This document shows, piece after piece, positions 1-10,838 of a stretch of DNA of 64,000 nucleotides (the stretch's first letter is position 1; each line of letters opens with the position of its first letter). The position numbers were made by a program, and so were the translations under genes. The notes under the pieces were generated by a model. It was not told the DNA's origin. It was given only the letters and a program-made list of their open reading frames with translations, and made no database searches. This stretch comes from a virus, in the IMG/VR virus record IMGVR_UViG_3300028883_000048, positions 2,584-66,583 of that record; one strand, given 5' to 3'.

Positions 1-54
1 TATCCGGCTTTTACATCTGTATCGGCTTCCGGTGAAGAGGTTAAGGGTGTATGG

Positions 55-321
55 ATGTATGTCAAGCAATCTCAGCATAATAAGATCAAAGCCTATGTCG
101 AAAACTACTCGACCGATACTGTTGGGCATATAATTCTCCGGGTGGGCTCATCTGCCGAACACGATATAACCTCAACAATCGGCGGGACTTGGAACGGTCA
201 TACATTTACGGTTGATATATCGAGTTTAACTGATGGTCAACCCTACGAAATCAAATTTATCCACAAGAACGGCAATACCCTAAGGAGCCGTAAACTTGTT
301 ATTTGGGCAACCTACGAATAA
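55..321 (+). CDS. hypothetical virion-associated protein
   Basis: 88-aa ORF coupled to downstream structural-region ORFs. Confidence 0.5.
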   Translation: MYVKQSQHNKIKAYVENYSTDTVGHIILRVGSSAEHDITSTIGGTWNGHTFTVDISSLTDGQPYEIKFIHKNGNTLRSRKLVIWATYE

Positions 322-851
322 GGTTCTTATCGATGTCAATAGCTGTATTTGATTATCTAAAATGTATCGGCGAAAACGCCGAAACTGAAACTAATTGCTA
401 TAAACATCCTTGTTTCTTGAGCTCCGATCTGGTGAGTATCGAGACAGGCGACTACCCGGTTCCTAAACCACAATCAGGCTCATATAGTTATAGTTTTGAG
501 ATCAGAATCAGAATGAAGGCCACAACTTTACCGGATAATAAATGTGAAAACTTTGAGATATGGGTTGAATGGGAAAACCCGCCTCGGGATGGTTTAACGG
601 TCTTTGCTGGTAATGATTCTGGCTCTCATACCCCTACCGACAATCAGTCCTCTTATGCTACTCATGATTTATATGATGATCATAATGGTCAATCAAACGG
701 TCTTACTTGGGATAGCACGACCGAGATAACATCGGGCGGGGGCTCAAATCAAAAGACCATCACGTTGGTTTTACAGGCTCGCATCGATAATACTGTCATA
801 CAGGGTGATGTTCCTACAATGCATATATGTATAGGGTACGATGAATATTAA
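303..851 (+). CDS. hypothetical structural protein
   Basis: 182-aa beta-rich ORF overlapping both neighbours; true start may be internal. Confidence 0.55.
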   Translation: MGNLRIRFLSMSIAVFDYLKCIGENAETETNCYKHPCFLSSDLVSIETGDYPVPKPQSGSYSYSFEIRIRMKATTLPDNKCENFEIWVEWENPPRDGLTVFAGNDSGSHTPTDNQSSYATHDLYDDHNGQSNGLTWDSTTEITSGGGSNQKTITLVLQARIDNTVIQGDVPTMHICIGYDEY

Positions 852-1197
852 CAATAACGAACTTTATGTTTGGGAGATCGAGTTCTCGGATGGCTCGGTT
901 ATTACCCGGGCAGACAACGAAAAGGCCTCGAATACCGATAGACATATAAACCCCAATGACCCGCCAAAACAGGCTGTGCAAATAAGATTTAAATCGATAA
1001 GCTTTGAACCTGTTGTTGTTGATATCCCGGAGGGTGCTCAGCCCGTCTGTAGCTTGTTTAACTGTACTCGAGATGGTATTCGCTATGGTGTTATCCTAAA
1101 AGCGGGCTATCGGTTGAATGGTATCAGGTTTTATCTGAAAAGGTATATCGGTCTCGAAGATAATAAGACCGAGTTGATTACGGAGTTTGATATATAA
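841..1197 (+). CDS. hypothetical protein
   Basis: 118 aa; stop overlaps next ATG (TAATG). Confidence 0.6.
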   Translation: MNINNNELYVWEIEFSDGSVITRADNEKASNTDRHINPNDPPKQAVQIRFKSISFEPVVVDIPEGAQPVCSLFNCTRDGIRYGVILKAGYRLNGIRFYLKRYIGLEDNKTELITEFDI

Positions 1198-4100
1198 TGT
1201 CTGATCAATTAACGCTCAGGCCATGTTCAGACGGGACATTTATCGATTGGGGGTGCTATCCCACGGGTGATAAATACGCCACCATCGACGAGGTTACCCC
1301 CGATGATAGTGATTATATATCTGCCTCGATAGCTTTCACGGCCAAGAAAATCACCTTCGGCATAGACTCAAGTCAAACGGGCGTATTGGATGGCGCAACC
1401 ATTAATAAGGTTACGCTTAAATGGAACGGAAAATTCACAAAGACAATGGGGGGTGACCCTTTTGTCTATCCTCTCACCTATGATGGCTCTAATACAGATC
1501 AAGGCTCTGGTGTCGTAATGGACAATGGTACTTACGATGATCATCAAGCAGATTTCGAAGATGCTCCCGATGGAGGGGATTGGTCAAAATCAAAAATTGA
1601 TTCGGGTGAGTTTGGTTTTAATACGAGCACAGGTTTTGGCTCTACCTTATTTATCTGCCAGTTTGAAATCATAGTTGATTACGATGGTGGCTCATCTAAT
1701 TACCCGGCTCCCACGTCCCTACAAGCGGACAGATCAACAAACCCTACCTCTTGCTCGGAGGTTCCGGGATTCACAGCAGTATTTAATGATGGCTCTCGAG
1801 GCGATACCGTCGATCGTTGTCAGATACAGGTATCAGAACAATCCGATTTCTCGGATGATAATGTATGGAACGACTCTCCGGGCGATGACCCTACTGGCGA
1901 GGATTGGAACGATATAGACGATCTGACTGATGGCAATACCAGCCAAGCAGTTCAATATGGTGGCTCATATTTAGAGAACGGTAAAATCTATTACTGGCGT
2001 ATTCGCTTTGGGCAATTTACGGGAGATCATAATATCTCTGACTGGTCTACAGGTACGGCAACTATAGCAGGGCCATGGAAACGTCAATGGGAATATCCCG
2101 ATTATGGCCGACGGAATCGATTAATCTTTGGAGAATTTCATCCTGCTATACCAGCGGGTGCGTCTGTTAGCTTTCCGCTTCCAACAGGATTACGAAAAGA
2201 AATATCTGGCAATCGTGGTTGTTGTGATGAATCAGTGCAGGATTCTGGCGGTTGGATGGATATCGGCGTTCATAATAATATTCATTATTGGTTGTTCTTA
2301 TCAAAACCAGAGGATAATGGTAATTACGCGATATACATACAGGCTCAGAACCTACTAACCCAAGAGTTTGGAACGCCCTATAAGATCGCTGATAGCGGTG
2401 CATCATCTGACACTCATTACTTCCCCACTGGTGTAATAGACGCTGATGGCTATATTCATGTATTTTATGGCTGTCATACGTCATCAATAAAATATAGGCG
2501 TTCGGCTGTTGCCGGTGAATCAGGATGTTTTGATGGTGAGACCTCTGGCTGGTCAGCAATGAGTGATATTTCGGGTATGTATACGTATCCACAAGCGTTT
2601 ATAATCCCCTCTGATGGAAGGATATATTTATTCGCGAGACAGAATAAGCACGCATTTTGTTTTTTTTACAGCGACAACAATGGCACATCTTGGGATGGGG
2701 CGCATACAGTTCTCGATGATGATACTCAAAACAGAGTTTATTGTTATGGTACTCGCTTTGACCCCGATACCGAAACATTCCATGTCGCTTATACATGGGT
2801 TTATTCAAACCCGCCAACAAACGACAATGAACAGTATTATGATACCGTCTGTTATATGCAAAGCACTTATGACCCCGAAGAAGATGATGGTTTTGTAAAA
2901 TGGTATGGTCTTAATCCCTCTATAGTTGGATTTTTGGTCTCTGTTGGTACAACCGATACTGATGTAATCAATAGGGCCGGTTCGTACACAATAATAGACG
3001 CTGAGGATTCTATTGTGCGCGGTGGCCGGGTACATCAGTATTTTGTTATCAGTATGATTCTCTATAGTGATAGTGGTGTAATGCGTCCGCTAATATTTTA
3101 TATCGACAAATTTGGCGAGCCTCCCGGGAGTTTTGCCGATAAGGTCGCTGTCAATTGTGTTAAATTCGACTGGATAGTTCCATCTGATGGCTGGACAACC
3201 ACTCGCATCTCTGAGGATTTAGATCAATATCTGGTGGCAACCCGACAAAACGCAACTGGCAATCAAAACTCTGATACCAAAGAGATCAAGGTATATATGT
3301 CAACTCAGGGCAATAATTACCTTCATCAGATACCCGACGGAGATATCTCATCATCTAACTGCACTCCTAAAACTGGCTCTGATAATTATGCGATGGTTGA
3401 TGAAGCGCCTTTTGAATGTGATGGTGATGATCAATATATCTCATTAGCGAATCAGGCTCATTGTCTGTTATCGAGCTCCAAAGATTCAACCAACTCTGAT
3501 ATTAATCTCGATGATTATAAAATACTTGGAATCGAGGTTGAGGCTGTTGTCAGGATGTTTAACTCTACCACTGGGGGTAAGATCAAACTCTATCTCAATG
3601 ATGGTTCGACCGATGATGAGGGCGACGAACAAAATGTTGAGAATGATAAATATGCCGTGTTTAAAGACTTCTGGCAGGGCGACCCTTTCGAATCAACCGA
3701 CTGGACATTCTCAACCGGGAAGTCGGTCTATTTTGGAATCAAACAAACCGTAACAGGCAAGGGCGTTCTGGTCACACGATTGATAAAAAAATATTATGTG
3801 ACCAGCGCCATCGATCCTAAGTACAACTCATCAAAAATAATTGAAATGATATCTGATGATGAAGGTGATACATGGTCTTATAGAATGCTTGAAGGTGATT
3901 GTCTGGCTGGTGTTCCGATTATAACAACCGCTCATCACCTGATCAATAAACAGATCAGTATTATGTGGTGTGCTGGCAATAAGGTCTTTACCTCAACTGA
4001 TGCTTGGGAACAATGGACGAAGGTTCGACCCGATGGCCTTGATGTAAAAGTTGATTCTGGTGGTACACAGATTGACAGGGTAATCGATTATCCCAATACT

Positions 4101-7100
4101 GTTGATTCCCGGGTTCAGATCAAACTCCCTGTTGCTGTCGCTGAGAATGAAAAATATCCACCTAAAGATATATTTGTATACACCACAAAACCCAGCGAGA
4201 CAACTGACCCTCAAGGTGACCCCGATGATTCTTATAATTACTGGGAGAGCTTTGAAGATATTGATGAAGATGAGGGGCTTGCGACCTATGACGCAACGTG
4301 GACTGTAAGTTCGGGTTCATTCAAGGGCTATAGAAATCCTCCTAATCATGCCAATAAAAGATATTCCGGTCAAGGTGCTATTGAGTCCCAAACCAGCGCC
4401 GTCTCGCTGGCATACAAAAATATAGACGCAACTGGTTTAACCGATGTGATGTTCATTGCATCTTTCTGGTGCGAAAGTGCTGGTGATGATTATCGTTGTT
4501 GGATTGGCATCAAGGGCGATACGGGTAAAGAGTTTAGAGTTGGAATAATCACCTCAAGCGGATATGGTTGTTATTATGATGGGAGCTCATGGCATAACAA
4601 TACATCTCAATCGATTAAATATCAACAGATGCACATTGCTAAAATACAGGTTACCTCAAAAGGTTGTTCGGCGTGGATTGATGATTATCAAATTTGTGAG
4701 GAAGTTCTCGAAGCAAATACACCTGTTAAGCTGAAAGATATTTATCTCAGGGCTCCCGGCCAATCATTCTTTGATGCGTTACGCATAGTGACCAATATAG
4801 AAAAATCCAGTGATGAACAAACGATCGCTCAAGCCGATGTAACGAACAAAAATGTTGAGGTTAGGGTTGCTGGCTATTCTGATGCTGAATATGTTGCAAT
4901 GCTTGATGGCAAGATGGACTTCACCGAGGATGAGTATTGCGAATATATAACAGAAATCAAATTAAAAATGAGAGCAAAAGACGCCTCTTTTGATAATAAT
5001 GGAACTGTCAAATTAGATATCTATGTCAGTAATGATGATATTTATGATGAAGATGATCTTGATACTACAGTATATGATGCGACCATGACAAGCGTGGACA
5101 GTGACTGGACATCACAGACCTTTACTCTCGGTTTAACAGAAAGCGGAGATTACGAGATATCATTAACTCAAAATAAATCTCTCAAGGTCTCAGCCGTTTA
5201 TTCGTCGGGTTCGAGTACGGATATAGAAATCGAGGAAATAAAATATACCTATAAGATACAAGATGTTAATATCACGCTTGACGATGAAGAACAAAACGGG
5301 CTCTCTTGTGATATGACTGTTCTTGGTGAGGGTAATGATTATCTGCTTATAGATATGAATATCAATGGCGAGCTGATGTTATTGGAAAACAAACTACCCG
5401 TCGAATATCAAGGTTCCCTTAATACCTCAGATATGATTGTCATCGAAGCCCTCAAGAGGATATTTAACACCGACCGTCTGTTAATAGATCAACTGCGAGC
5501 CATCCCGGTTGTTAATGAGTTATTGGTTTCTCACCTACTGGCGGTTACAGGCGAAAGTAAAATCAACATCGACAATCAGAAAAGTGAAGCCATAATAAAC
5601 AAGACGATCTTGGATTTTATAGAAACGCTGATAACCGCAAAAAGTTTTAAGGTAGATATCGGTTCCCAGAGTTCTCTAACATATAGTCTGCCGATCGATC
5701 ATCTTAAGGGGGTAAAAAACCTCGATAGTTATCCTATTGAATGGAAAGCCCCATTGACCACCAGTAAATGCTTATTCATTGAGAATAAAAAACCTTATCT
5801 GAGCAGAGAGACAATCCCGGTCGAGAACCTAAAGACCTATATTGTCGATAATGACATTTCGATCGAATGTGCTGACAGGGCATTAACCTACGATCAGCTT
5901 CCTGTTGAATGGAAAAACCCAATAGATAATGATTTTAAATTGCCTATTGAGTTTAAGGGTCAATTTCAAACCGAGCAGACTATTCCACTTGAAAGCCTGA
6001 AGACAACCGAGGATTTATTTAAAACCTCAATATCATTCTCTGGCTATCTAACAACCGATAATCACCTCCTGACCGAATGGGCGAAGACCAATACGATCGT
6101 CCGGCGCTTTATCATCGATGCGACCGAGAGGGTGAGCTCGTCTTTTAAATTGCTTGTTGATCATTTAAAATACTATTCAGCTCACAGCTCTACACCGATC
6201 GACCTCAATAGGCTTGTCGCTATTGTTCAAAAGCTTCCACTCGAGTATAAGGGCAGTCAGCAAGTCGAGGCCTTTTTGCGGATGCCAATCGACTGGCGTG
6301 TCTCGTTAGATACTGAGAATAGGCTGAGAGTTGAAACGACCTCAACTTCATCATCGGTCTATCAATTAAGACACGAATATATCAAGGGTATATCCAGCGT
6401 GATCAGGGCGCCGATTGAATATCGGGCAATCACTTCTATATTGTCACGAATCACGACCGATTGGGCAAGACGAATACAGACCGATAACAAACTCCCGATC
6501 GATTATTCCGGCTTGTCATCATCTGATTTTAAAATCCCGATCGAGAACATTAAGGGATTAATTCAAGATCATAAATTGCCCATCGAGTTCTCGGGTTCGA
6601 CTTGGATATTAGGGGAGTTTGCACTCCCGATCGATTGGCGTAATCACCTGAGCACCGATGATAAAATATCAATCGATCTTTCTAACCGGATAAAAACCTA
6701 TGATCGTTTGGTGGTTGATTATGGTGTGGGTGTTGAATATAACATAAAGCTCCCGACCGATTATCAGAATATTGTTACCTCTTGTGAGAGGGCGATCATT
6801 CACTGGCTTGAGAGAATTCAAGCAATTGCTCACCTGTCTATCGAATGGGCTGGCTCATTAACTGTAACAGATTCCTCTCTGAGACTAACAATCGATTACG
6901 GTAACGGCGTTGCAACAACCAGCTCAATATCAATCGAATATCTTAGGGCTATATGTCAGAAATATAATATACCCCTCGAATGGGCTGGAACTCTCTATGC
7001 GTTTATTTCTCATCTCGAGGCCAGCTTGATTCTCCCGGGTACTATAAACGTAGAGATAAAAACCCCATGCCTGTCATCTGCGATATTAAGAGCCGGGAGT

Positions 7101-7247
7101 ATTACGGTTAAAGAATTACGACAAATCGCGGCCGATCAGCTCTCTCAAACAATAATGAAATCAGACGGTTCGATAACAGCTCAGTTGAGAGATGCTAATG
7201 CGACAAACTTCTCAAAAACATATAGAGGCAACAATAACAAGGAATAA
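1197..7247 (+). CDS. large multidomain fibre/receptor-binding-like protein (FN3-like, BNR/Asp-box propeller, C-terminal repeats)
   Basis: QIQVS..YYWRIR FN3-like motif; DTHYFPTGVIDADGYIHVFYGCH BNR_4-like motif; Asp boxes SDNNGTSW and SDDEGDTW; many LP(I/V)(E/D)(W/Y/F) repeats in last ~600 aa. Confidence 0.65.
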   Translation: MSDQLTLRPCSDGTFIDWGCYPTGDKYATIDEVTPDDSDYISASIAFTAKKITFGIDSSQTGVLDGATINKVTLKWNGKFTKTMGGDPFVYPLTYDGSNTDQGSGVVMDNGTYDDHQADFEDAPDGGDWSKSKIDSGEFGFNTSTGFGSTLFICQFEIIVDYDGGSSNYPAPTSLQADRSTNPTSCSEVPGFTAVFNDGSRGDTVDRCQIQVSEQSDFSDDNVWNDSPGDDPTGEDWNDIDDLTDGNTSQAVQYGGSYLENGKIYYWRIRFGQFTGDHNISDWSTGTATIAGPWKRQWEYPDYGRRNRLIFGEFHPAIPAGASVSFPLPTGLRKEISGNRGCCDESVQDSGGWMDIGVHNNIHYWLFLSKPEDNGNYAIYIQAQNLLTQEFGTPYKIADSGASSDTHYFPTGVIDADGYIHVFYGCHTSSIKYRRSAVAGESGCFDGETSGWSAMSDISGMYTYPQAFIIPSDGRIYLFARQNKHAFCFFYSDNNGTSWDGAHTVLDDDTQNRVYCYGTRFDPDTETFHVAYTWVYSNPPTNDNEQYYDTVCYMQSTYDPEEDDGFVKWYGLNPSIVGFLVSVGTTDTDVINRAGSYTIIDAEDSIVRGGRVHQYFVISMILYSDSGVMRPLIFYIDKFGEPPGSFADKVAVNCVKFDWIVPSDGWTTTRISEDLDQYLVATRQNATGNQNSDTKEIKVYMSTQGNNYLHQIPDGDISSSNCTPKTGSDNYAMVDEAPFECDGDDQYISLANQAHCLLSSSKDSTNSDINLDDYKILGIEVEAVVRMFNSTTGGKIKLYLNDGSTDDEGDEQNVENDKYAVFKDFWQGDPFESTDWTFSTGKSVYFGIKQTVTGKGVLVTRLIKKYYVTSAIDPKYNSSKIIEMISDDEGDTWSYRMLEGDCLAGVPIITTAHHLINKQISIMWCAGNKVFTSTDAWEQWTKVRPDGLDVKVDSGGTQIDRVIDYPNTVDSRVQIKLPVAVAENEKYPPKDIFVYTTKPSETTDPQGDPDDSYNYWESFEDIDEDEGLATYDATWTVSSGSFKGYRNPPNHANKRYSGQGAIESQTSAVSLAYKNIDATGLTDVMFIASFWCESAGDDYRCWIGIKGDTGKEFRVGIITSSGYGCYYDGSSWHNNTSQSIKYQQMHIAKIQVTSKGCSAWIDDYQICEEVLEANTPVKLKDIYLRAPGQSFFDALRIVTNIEKSSDEQTIAQADVTNKNVEVRVAGYSDAEYVAMLDGKMDFTEDEYCEYITEIKLKMRAKDASFDNNGTVKLDIYVSNDDIYDEDDLDTTVYDATMTSVDSDWTSQTFTLGLTESGDYEISLTQNKSLKVSAVYSSGSSTDIEIEEIKYTYKIQDVNITLDDEEQNGLSCDMTVLGEGNDYLLIDMNINGELMLLENKLPVEYQGSLNTSDMIVIEALKRIFNTDRLLIDQLRAIPVVNELLVSHLLAVTGESKINIDNQKSEAIINKTILDFIETLITAKSFKVDIGSQSSLTYSLPIDHLKGVKNLDSYPIEWKAPLTTSKCLFIENKKPYLSRETIPVENLKTYIVDNDISIECADRALTYDQLPVEWKNPIDNDFKLPIEFKGQFQTEQTIPLESLKTTEDLFKTSISFSGYLTTDNHLLTEWAKTNTIVRRFIIDATERVSSSFKLLVDHLKYYSAHSSTPIDLNRLVAIVQKLPLEYKGSQQVEAFLRMPIDWRVSLDTENRLRVETTSTSSSVYQLRHEYIKGISSVIRAPIEYRAITSILSRITTDWARRIQTDNKLPIDYSGLSSSDFKIPIENIKGLIQDHKLPIEFSGSTWILGEFALPIDWRNHLSTDDKISIDLSNRIKTYDRLVVDYGVGVEYNIKLPTDYQNIVTSCERAIIHWLERIQAIAHLSIEWAGSLTVTDSSLRLTIDYGNGVATTSSISIEYLRAICQKYNIPLEWAGTLYAFISHLEASLILPGTINVEIKTPCLSSAILRAGSITVKELRQIAADQLSQTIMKSDGSITAQLRDANATNFSKTYRGNNNKE

Positions 7248-7252
7248 AGATC

Positions 7253-7624
7253 ATGCCAGACCCTATAAGAATAATAACCACTGTAAACGAGGGTTCGAGT
7301 AGCGCATTTGATTGTTACGTCAGAGATCGAAATAATGATCTCGTTTATAGTGATAATGTTGACTCGGCGGTTATGACCCTATACAACAAAGCCGACAAGT
7401 CTGTAATTAATGATCAGGAAGATATCGATATCAGCTCGCTGTTTAACGCCGATGGAGATGTGAGCTGTACGATTGTTTTAACCCCTGATGATAACTGCAT
7501 CGTCGATACTACGAGTAATCATCGATACGAAACGCATTCTCTATTTTTAAAGGTTGTGACCCTAAGTCCAGCCTGTACTATAACCGAGGAAATAGAATTT
7601 AAAGTAAGAAATTTAACAATATAA
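7253..7624 (+). CDS. putative structural protein (Ig-like)
   Basis: 123 aa, AAGGA SD, beta-strand pattern. Confidence 0.5.
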   Translation: MPDPIRIITTVNEGSSSAFDCYVRDRNNDLVYSDNVDSAVMTLYNKADKSVINDQEDIDISSLFNADGDVSCTIVLTPDDNCIVDTTSNHRYETHSLFLKVVTLSPACTITEEIEFKVRNLTI

Positions 7625-7698
7625 TCATCTTAATTACCTACCACGTTAGTTGCTAACATATACCTCATTAACTACTTATTGATAAGAGAGGCTAAGAA

Positions 7699-8709
7699 AT
7701 GGGCATAAAAAAACATGAGATAATTGTCTATGGTTCAGCAACCAGAGACTATGATGGAACAACCTTAAATATTGGCGGTGCCGAAGACACGGCACACAGG
7801 CCAGTATTTACCGACCCGTCATCGGCTATGGAGTTTGAGGCAGTATCGGAATCAGCTTCTGATACCAGTCAGACAATAACAATCACTGGCCGTCGAGCCG
7901 CGGGTGCGATTGTTAGTGATTCATTTACCTTAAACGGTCAGACACCAGCTCAAGCGGGCTCCCCTAATACCCTTGAACGATTGATGAAGGGAACCATTTC
8001 GGGTGCCCATACCGGGGCTGTTGCTATTATGGGCGTAACGAACGTTACTACGGGGACAGCTCAGGGCGGTGATGATTATCAGATCACTCTCGCGGCGGGG
8101 GCTTCTGCTGTTGATGATTATTATAAAGATATGATAATCCGAACAACTGGCGGTACAGGAGCAAATCAGATTAGACGAATTATCTCCTATAATGGCACAA
8201 CGAAGGTGGCAACCGTCTGGCCTTGGACTGGTGATAACCCGTCGACCGATACAACCTATGAGATCGCTCCCGGGATGTTCCTCGACAAAGTTCCTTATCA
8301 GGTCAATGAGGTCTCTCGTCAACCTTATGATATTGCAACCCCCGAAGATGGCGAATCCGATATCACTATTTACAGCAAGGGTTTTATCCATAACTGTTCA
8401 CAGGATGACCCTGCGAAAGACTATACTAATGCCAAGGTCTCAGAGGTTGCTGGTGGTCTGGCTGATCAGTGCGCTTTTGCTCTCGAGACCTCTCACGATG
8501 GTTCTGGGACAAACGGCGCGGGTAATGACCGAGAGACAGCTCCCTCGTCTGGCGTCGGTTCGTTTAATTCTGATGAAAAGGATATGGCAAACTCGGGTGT
8601 TTTGGAACCCGACACAGCTCAAGGAATTTGGTGGGCTGTTACTCTTGCCGATGATGATAGCGCGACCAATTCATATTATGAGGTCAAAACCCGGGGCATG
8701 AGTGTATGA
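7699..8709 (+). CDS. putative virion structural protein
   Basis: Gly/Thr/Ser-rich; ASAVDDYY..I..TGGTGANQIRRI..YNGTTKVATV segment resembles modules of phage structural proteins. Confidence 0.55.
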   Translation: MGIKKHEIIVYGSATRDYDGTTLNIGGAEDTAHRPVFTDPSSAMEFEAVSESASDTSQTITITGRRAAGAIVSDSFTLNGQTPAQAGSPNTLERLMKGTISGAHTGAVAIMGVTNVTTGTAQGGDDYQITLAAGASAVDDYYKDMIIRTTGGTGANQIRRIISYNGTTKVATVWPWTGDNPSTDTTYEIAPGMFLDKVPYQVNEVSRQPYDIATPEDGESDITIYSKGFIHNCSQDDPAKDYTNAKVSEVAGGLADQCAFALETSHDGSGTNGAGNDRETAPSSGVGSFNSDEKDMANSGVLEPDTAQGIWWAVTLADDDSATNSYYEVKTRGMSV

Positions 8710-9083
8710 TCAAGTCGTTTGATTATGATCAGGTTCAATTCAAGTCTCAAAAGCTATTATTCGAGTTTGAGAACGATTTAAAAGGCCATGTCCGGCAGAT
8801 GGTATTGACAATCGCCAACCGTTTTTATCAACTCTACGGAATACCGTTTATCATAACATCGGTTATCAGAGATGGTAGTGGTGATCACTCGACTGGTCTC
8901 GCTGTTGATATCCGGGCAAAAACCCTCTCAGCTCAAGTTATATCAGAGATTGTAAATCGATTCAATGAGTTTTATCCTCGATCAAAGAAGATCAGACTCG
9001 GTAACGGTAAGGAGATAATAGCTCGTACTGCATATGCTCATGGTACTGGAAACAGCTTTCATATCCATGTAGCACATGAATAA
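8706..9083 (+). CDS. endolysin, peptidase M15-like
   Basis: ITS..R..S.DH..G.AVD....HIHV zinc motif; next to holin-like gene. Confidence 0.75.
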   Translation: MIKSFDYDQVQFKSQKLLFEFENDLKGHVRQMVLTIANRFYQLYGIPFIITSVIRDGSGDHSTGLAVDIRAKTLSAQVISEIVNRFNEFYPRSKKIRLGNGKEIIARTAYAHGTGNSFHIHVAHE

Positions 9084-9131
9084 CAATAAAGCGCTCTGGT
9101 CTCAGGGCTCTTTACAGAAAGGATTATAAGA

Positions 9132-9515
9132 ATGGAAACAATTTTTGATTCAATTATTTCAAATCTCGGTGGGGTCGCTGGCATCATCATCGCCATTGTC
9201 GGCTGGGTGGTAACAAAATATGTTCTACCTCTGATCAAGAGCCAGAAGGCCGAGGTCATGGCTCGTCATATAGCCCTAATCGCTGACGATGTGACCGATT
9301 CTCTGGTGATGAAATATCCGGAGAGTAAATGGGCTCAGATCGCTGACGAGGCTATCGATCAGATTATGGCAATCTGTGACATTAACAAACAAGTCGCCGA
9401 GCGTGCGGCTCAAGCCGCGATGGGCAGAAAAAGCCTGATGGTTGTTGAGGGTGGGACTCTGGCTGAGACCAAAACCGAACAGACATTAACCTCGCCTGAC
9501 AGCTCGATCGATTAG
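9132..9515 (+). CDS. holin-like protein
   Basis: N-terminal TM helix plus amphipathic helices; directly after endolysin. Confidence 0.6.
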   Translation: METIFDSIISNLGGVAGIIIAIVGWVVTKYVLPLIKSQKAEVMARHIALIADDVTDSLVMKYPESKWAQIADEAIDQIMAICDINKQVAERAAQAAMGRKSLMVVEGGTLAETKTEQTLTSPDSSID

Positions 9516-9608
9516 AAACCTATTCAGATCCCACCCGAGGGCTCGATCGCTTGATATTAACGCTTATTAACGGCTTATTTGTGAGTTATAATAAAGGGTG
9601 GTATTGAC

Positions 9609-9646
9609 AAAAAAGCCCGGTCAGTTATTATCTGACCGGGCTTTTT
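9609..9646. terminator. bidirectional intrinsic terminator
   Basis: AAAAAAGCCCGGTCAG-TTATTAT-CTGACCGGGCTTTTT between convergent operons. Confidence 0.85.
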
Positions 9647-9662
9647 GATCATGTGGGGGGGC

Positions 9663-10100
9663 TTATTCTTTGCCCATTGTTTTTTTGATATATTCTTTAA
9701 TCGGCCAATCTTTGTCTGTTCCATGCCAATAACCATGAGCCCAAAGTTCAATCACAGCTCTTTGAAACAGAGAAAGGTCTTTTATTTTTTTAATCAGACT
9801 CGCGGCTGGGACTTTCCAGTTTTTGTCCAACCCGTAGAGGGTTATGCTATCAGAAACGCTTGGCATTAAATGCTGTCCGGCGAGCCCGGGGGTTAAGGCC
9901 ATACCGTTAAAGGCATCGAGGAATAAGCCAAGCTCTCCATGCTCAAATTTGTCTTTTAGGTCATTGATTGTTCTCATATATAGAGCCTCCCACGACCCTA
10001 TTAGATACTCAGCGCCGGGGCTGAGTTTGTCGAAGTGAGAGAGTACCCATTTCTGGGTACCCTCTGATAAGACTGGATAAGTTCGTTTGGTTTTGGTCAT
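9663..10100 (-). CDS. hypothetical early protein
   Basis: start moved to MTKTKR, preceded by AGGGAGATCAAA SD. Confidence 0.7.
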   Translation of the reverse strand: MTKTKRTYPVLSEGTQKWVLSHFDKLSPGAEYLIGSWEALYMRTINDLKDKFEHGELGLFLDAFNGMALTPGLAGQHLMPSVSDSITLYGLDKNWKVPAASLIKKIKDLSLFQRAVIELWAHGYWHGTDKDWPIKEYIKKTMGKE

Positions 10101-10113
10101 TTTGATCTCCCTG

Positions 10114-10551
10114 TTAAATGATCTTTGCAATCCGATAAGTGCCCCAAAAATATTTGTTATCTTCTTCCTCATAGTCGCTGACCAGCTCATCGGCGTTTGG
10201 CTGATGAGTAACCCCACCAGACAAGACCTCAGGTAGATATTGAAAAAATAAGCTTTTGCCGTTTTTTTGTTTTAATACCAAGGTCGCGACCTTCAGGTTC
10301 ATCTTTTTGCTGTTTATACTCCCCCCATTACTGACCTGAATACTCTTTGATTTTTTAGCGATATCCCAAAGCGCATCGAAACTCAGATGATGAAATATCA
10401 ATCTGCCCTCAAACAGACAATCGATGCCTGTATCCTTGATGATCTCAACATATTGATAATCGACTTTTGCCTTATGATCATGCTTCTCATAAACCAGAAC
10501 GGCGTGACCGTCTTGGTAAAGATAAACACAATTTAATTTTGCTCTGCTCAT
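10114..10551 (-). CDS. hypothetical early protein
   Basis: start MSRAKL after AAGGAGATCAAA SD. Confidence 0.7.
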   Translation of the reverse strand: MSRAKLNCVYLYQDGHAVLVYEKHDHKAKVDYQYVEIIKDTGIDCLFEGRLIFHHLSFDALWDIAKKSKSIQVSNGGSINSKKMNLKVATLVLKQKNGKSLFFQYLPEVLSGGVTHQPNADELVSDYEEEDNKYFWGTYRIAKII

Positions 10552-10606
10552 TTTGATCTCCTTTGTTTCGGGCGGGACGATTCCCGCCCGATCGATGTTC
10601 TCAAAT

Positions 10607-10822
10607 TTACTCATCTGTCTTGATGCGATCGATTAACGTTCCAAGTTCCCGCGCACAATGAGTCCAATAGTCATAATCTTCATCAGAAACCATCGGGCTA
10701 TTAGACTTATGATAACAGACCTGTTCAATCAGCTCTAAGGTCTTTACGATGCCATGCTCATCAATATAATCTTCCTCGATGGCATACTCAAGTTCTTGAT
10801 CTGTCGGCTTTTGGTTTAACAT
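10607..10822 (-). CDS. hypothetical early protein
   Basis: start MLNQKP after AAGGAGAGATCAAA SD. Confidence 0.65.
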   Translation of the reverse strand: MLNQKPTDQELEYAIEEDYIDEHGIVKTLELIEQVCYHKSNSPMVSDEDYDYWTHCARELGTLIDRIKTDE

Positions 10823-10838
10823 TTTGATCTCTCCTTTA

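Noticed and set aside
1675-4308. Short alternate-frame and antisense ORFs inside the 2016-aa gene (and similar ones elsewhere)
   Set aside because: Shadow ORFs lacking SDs or motifs.
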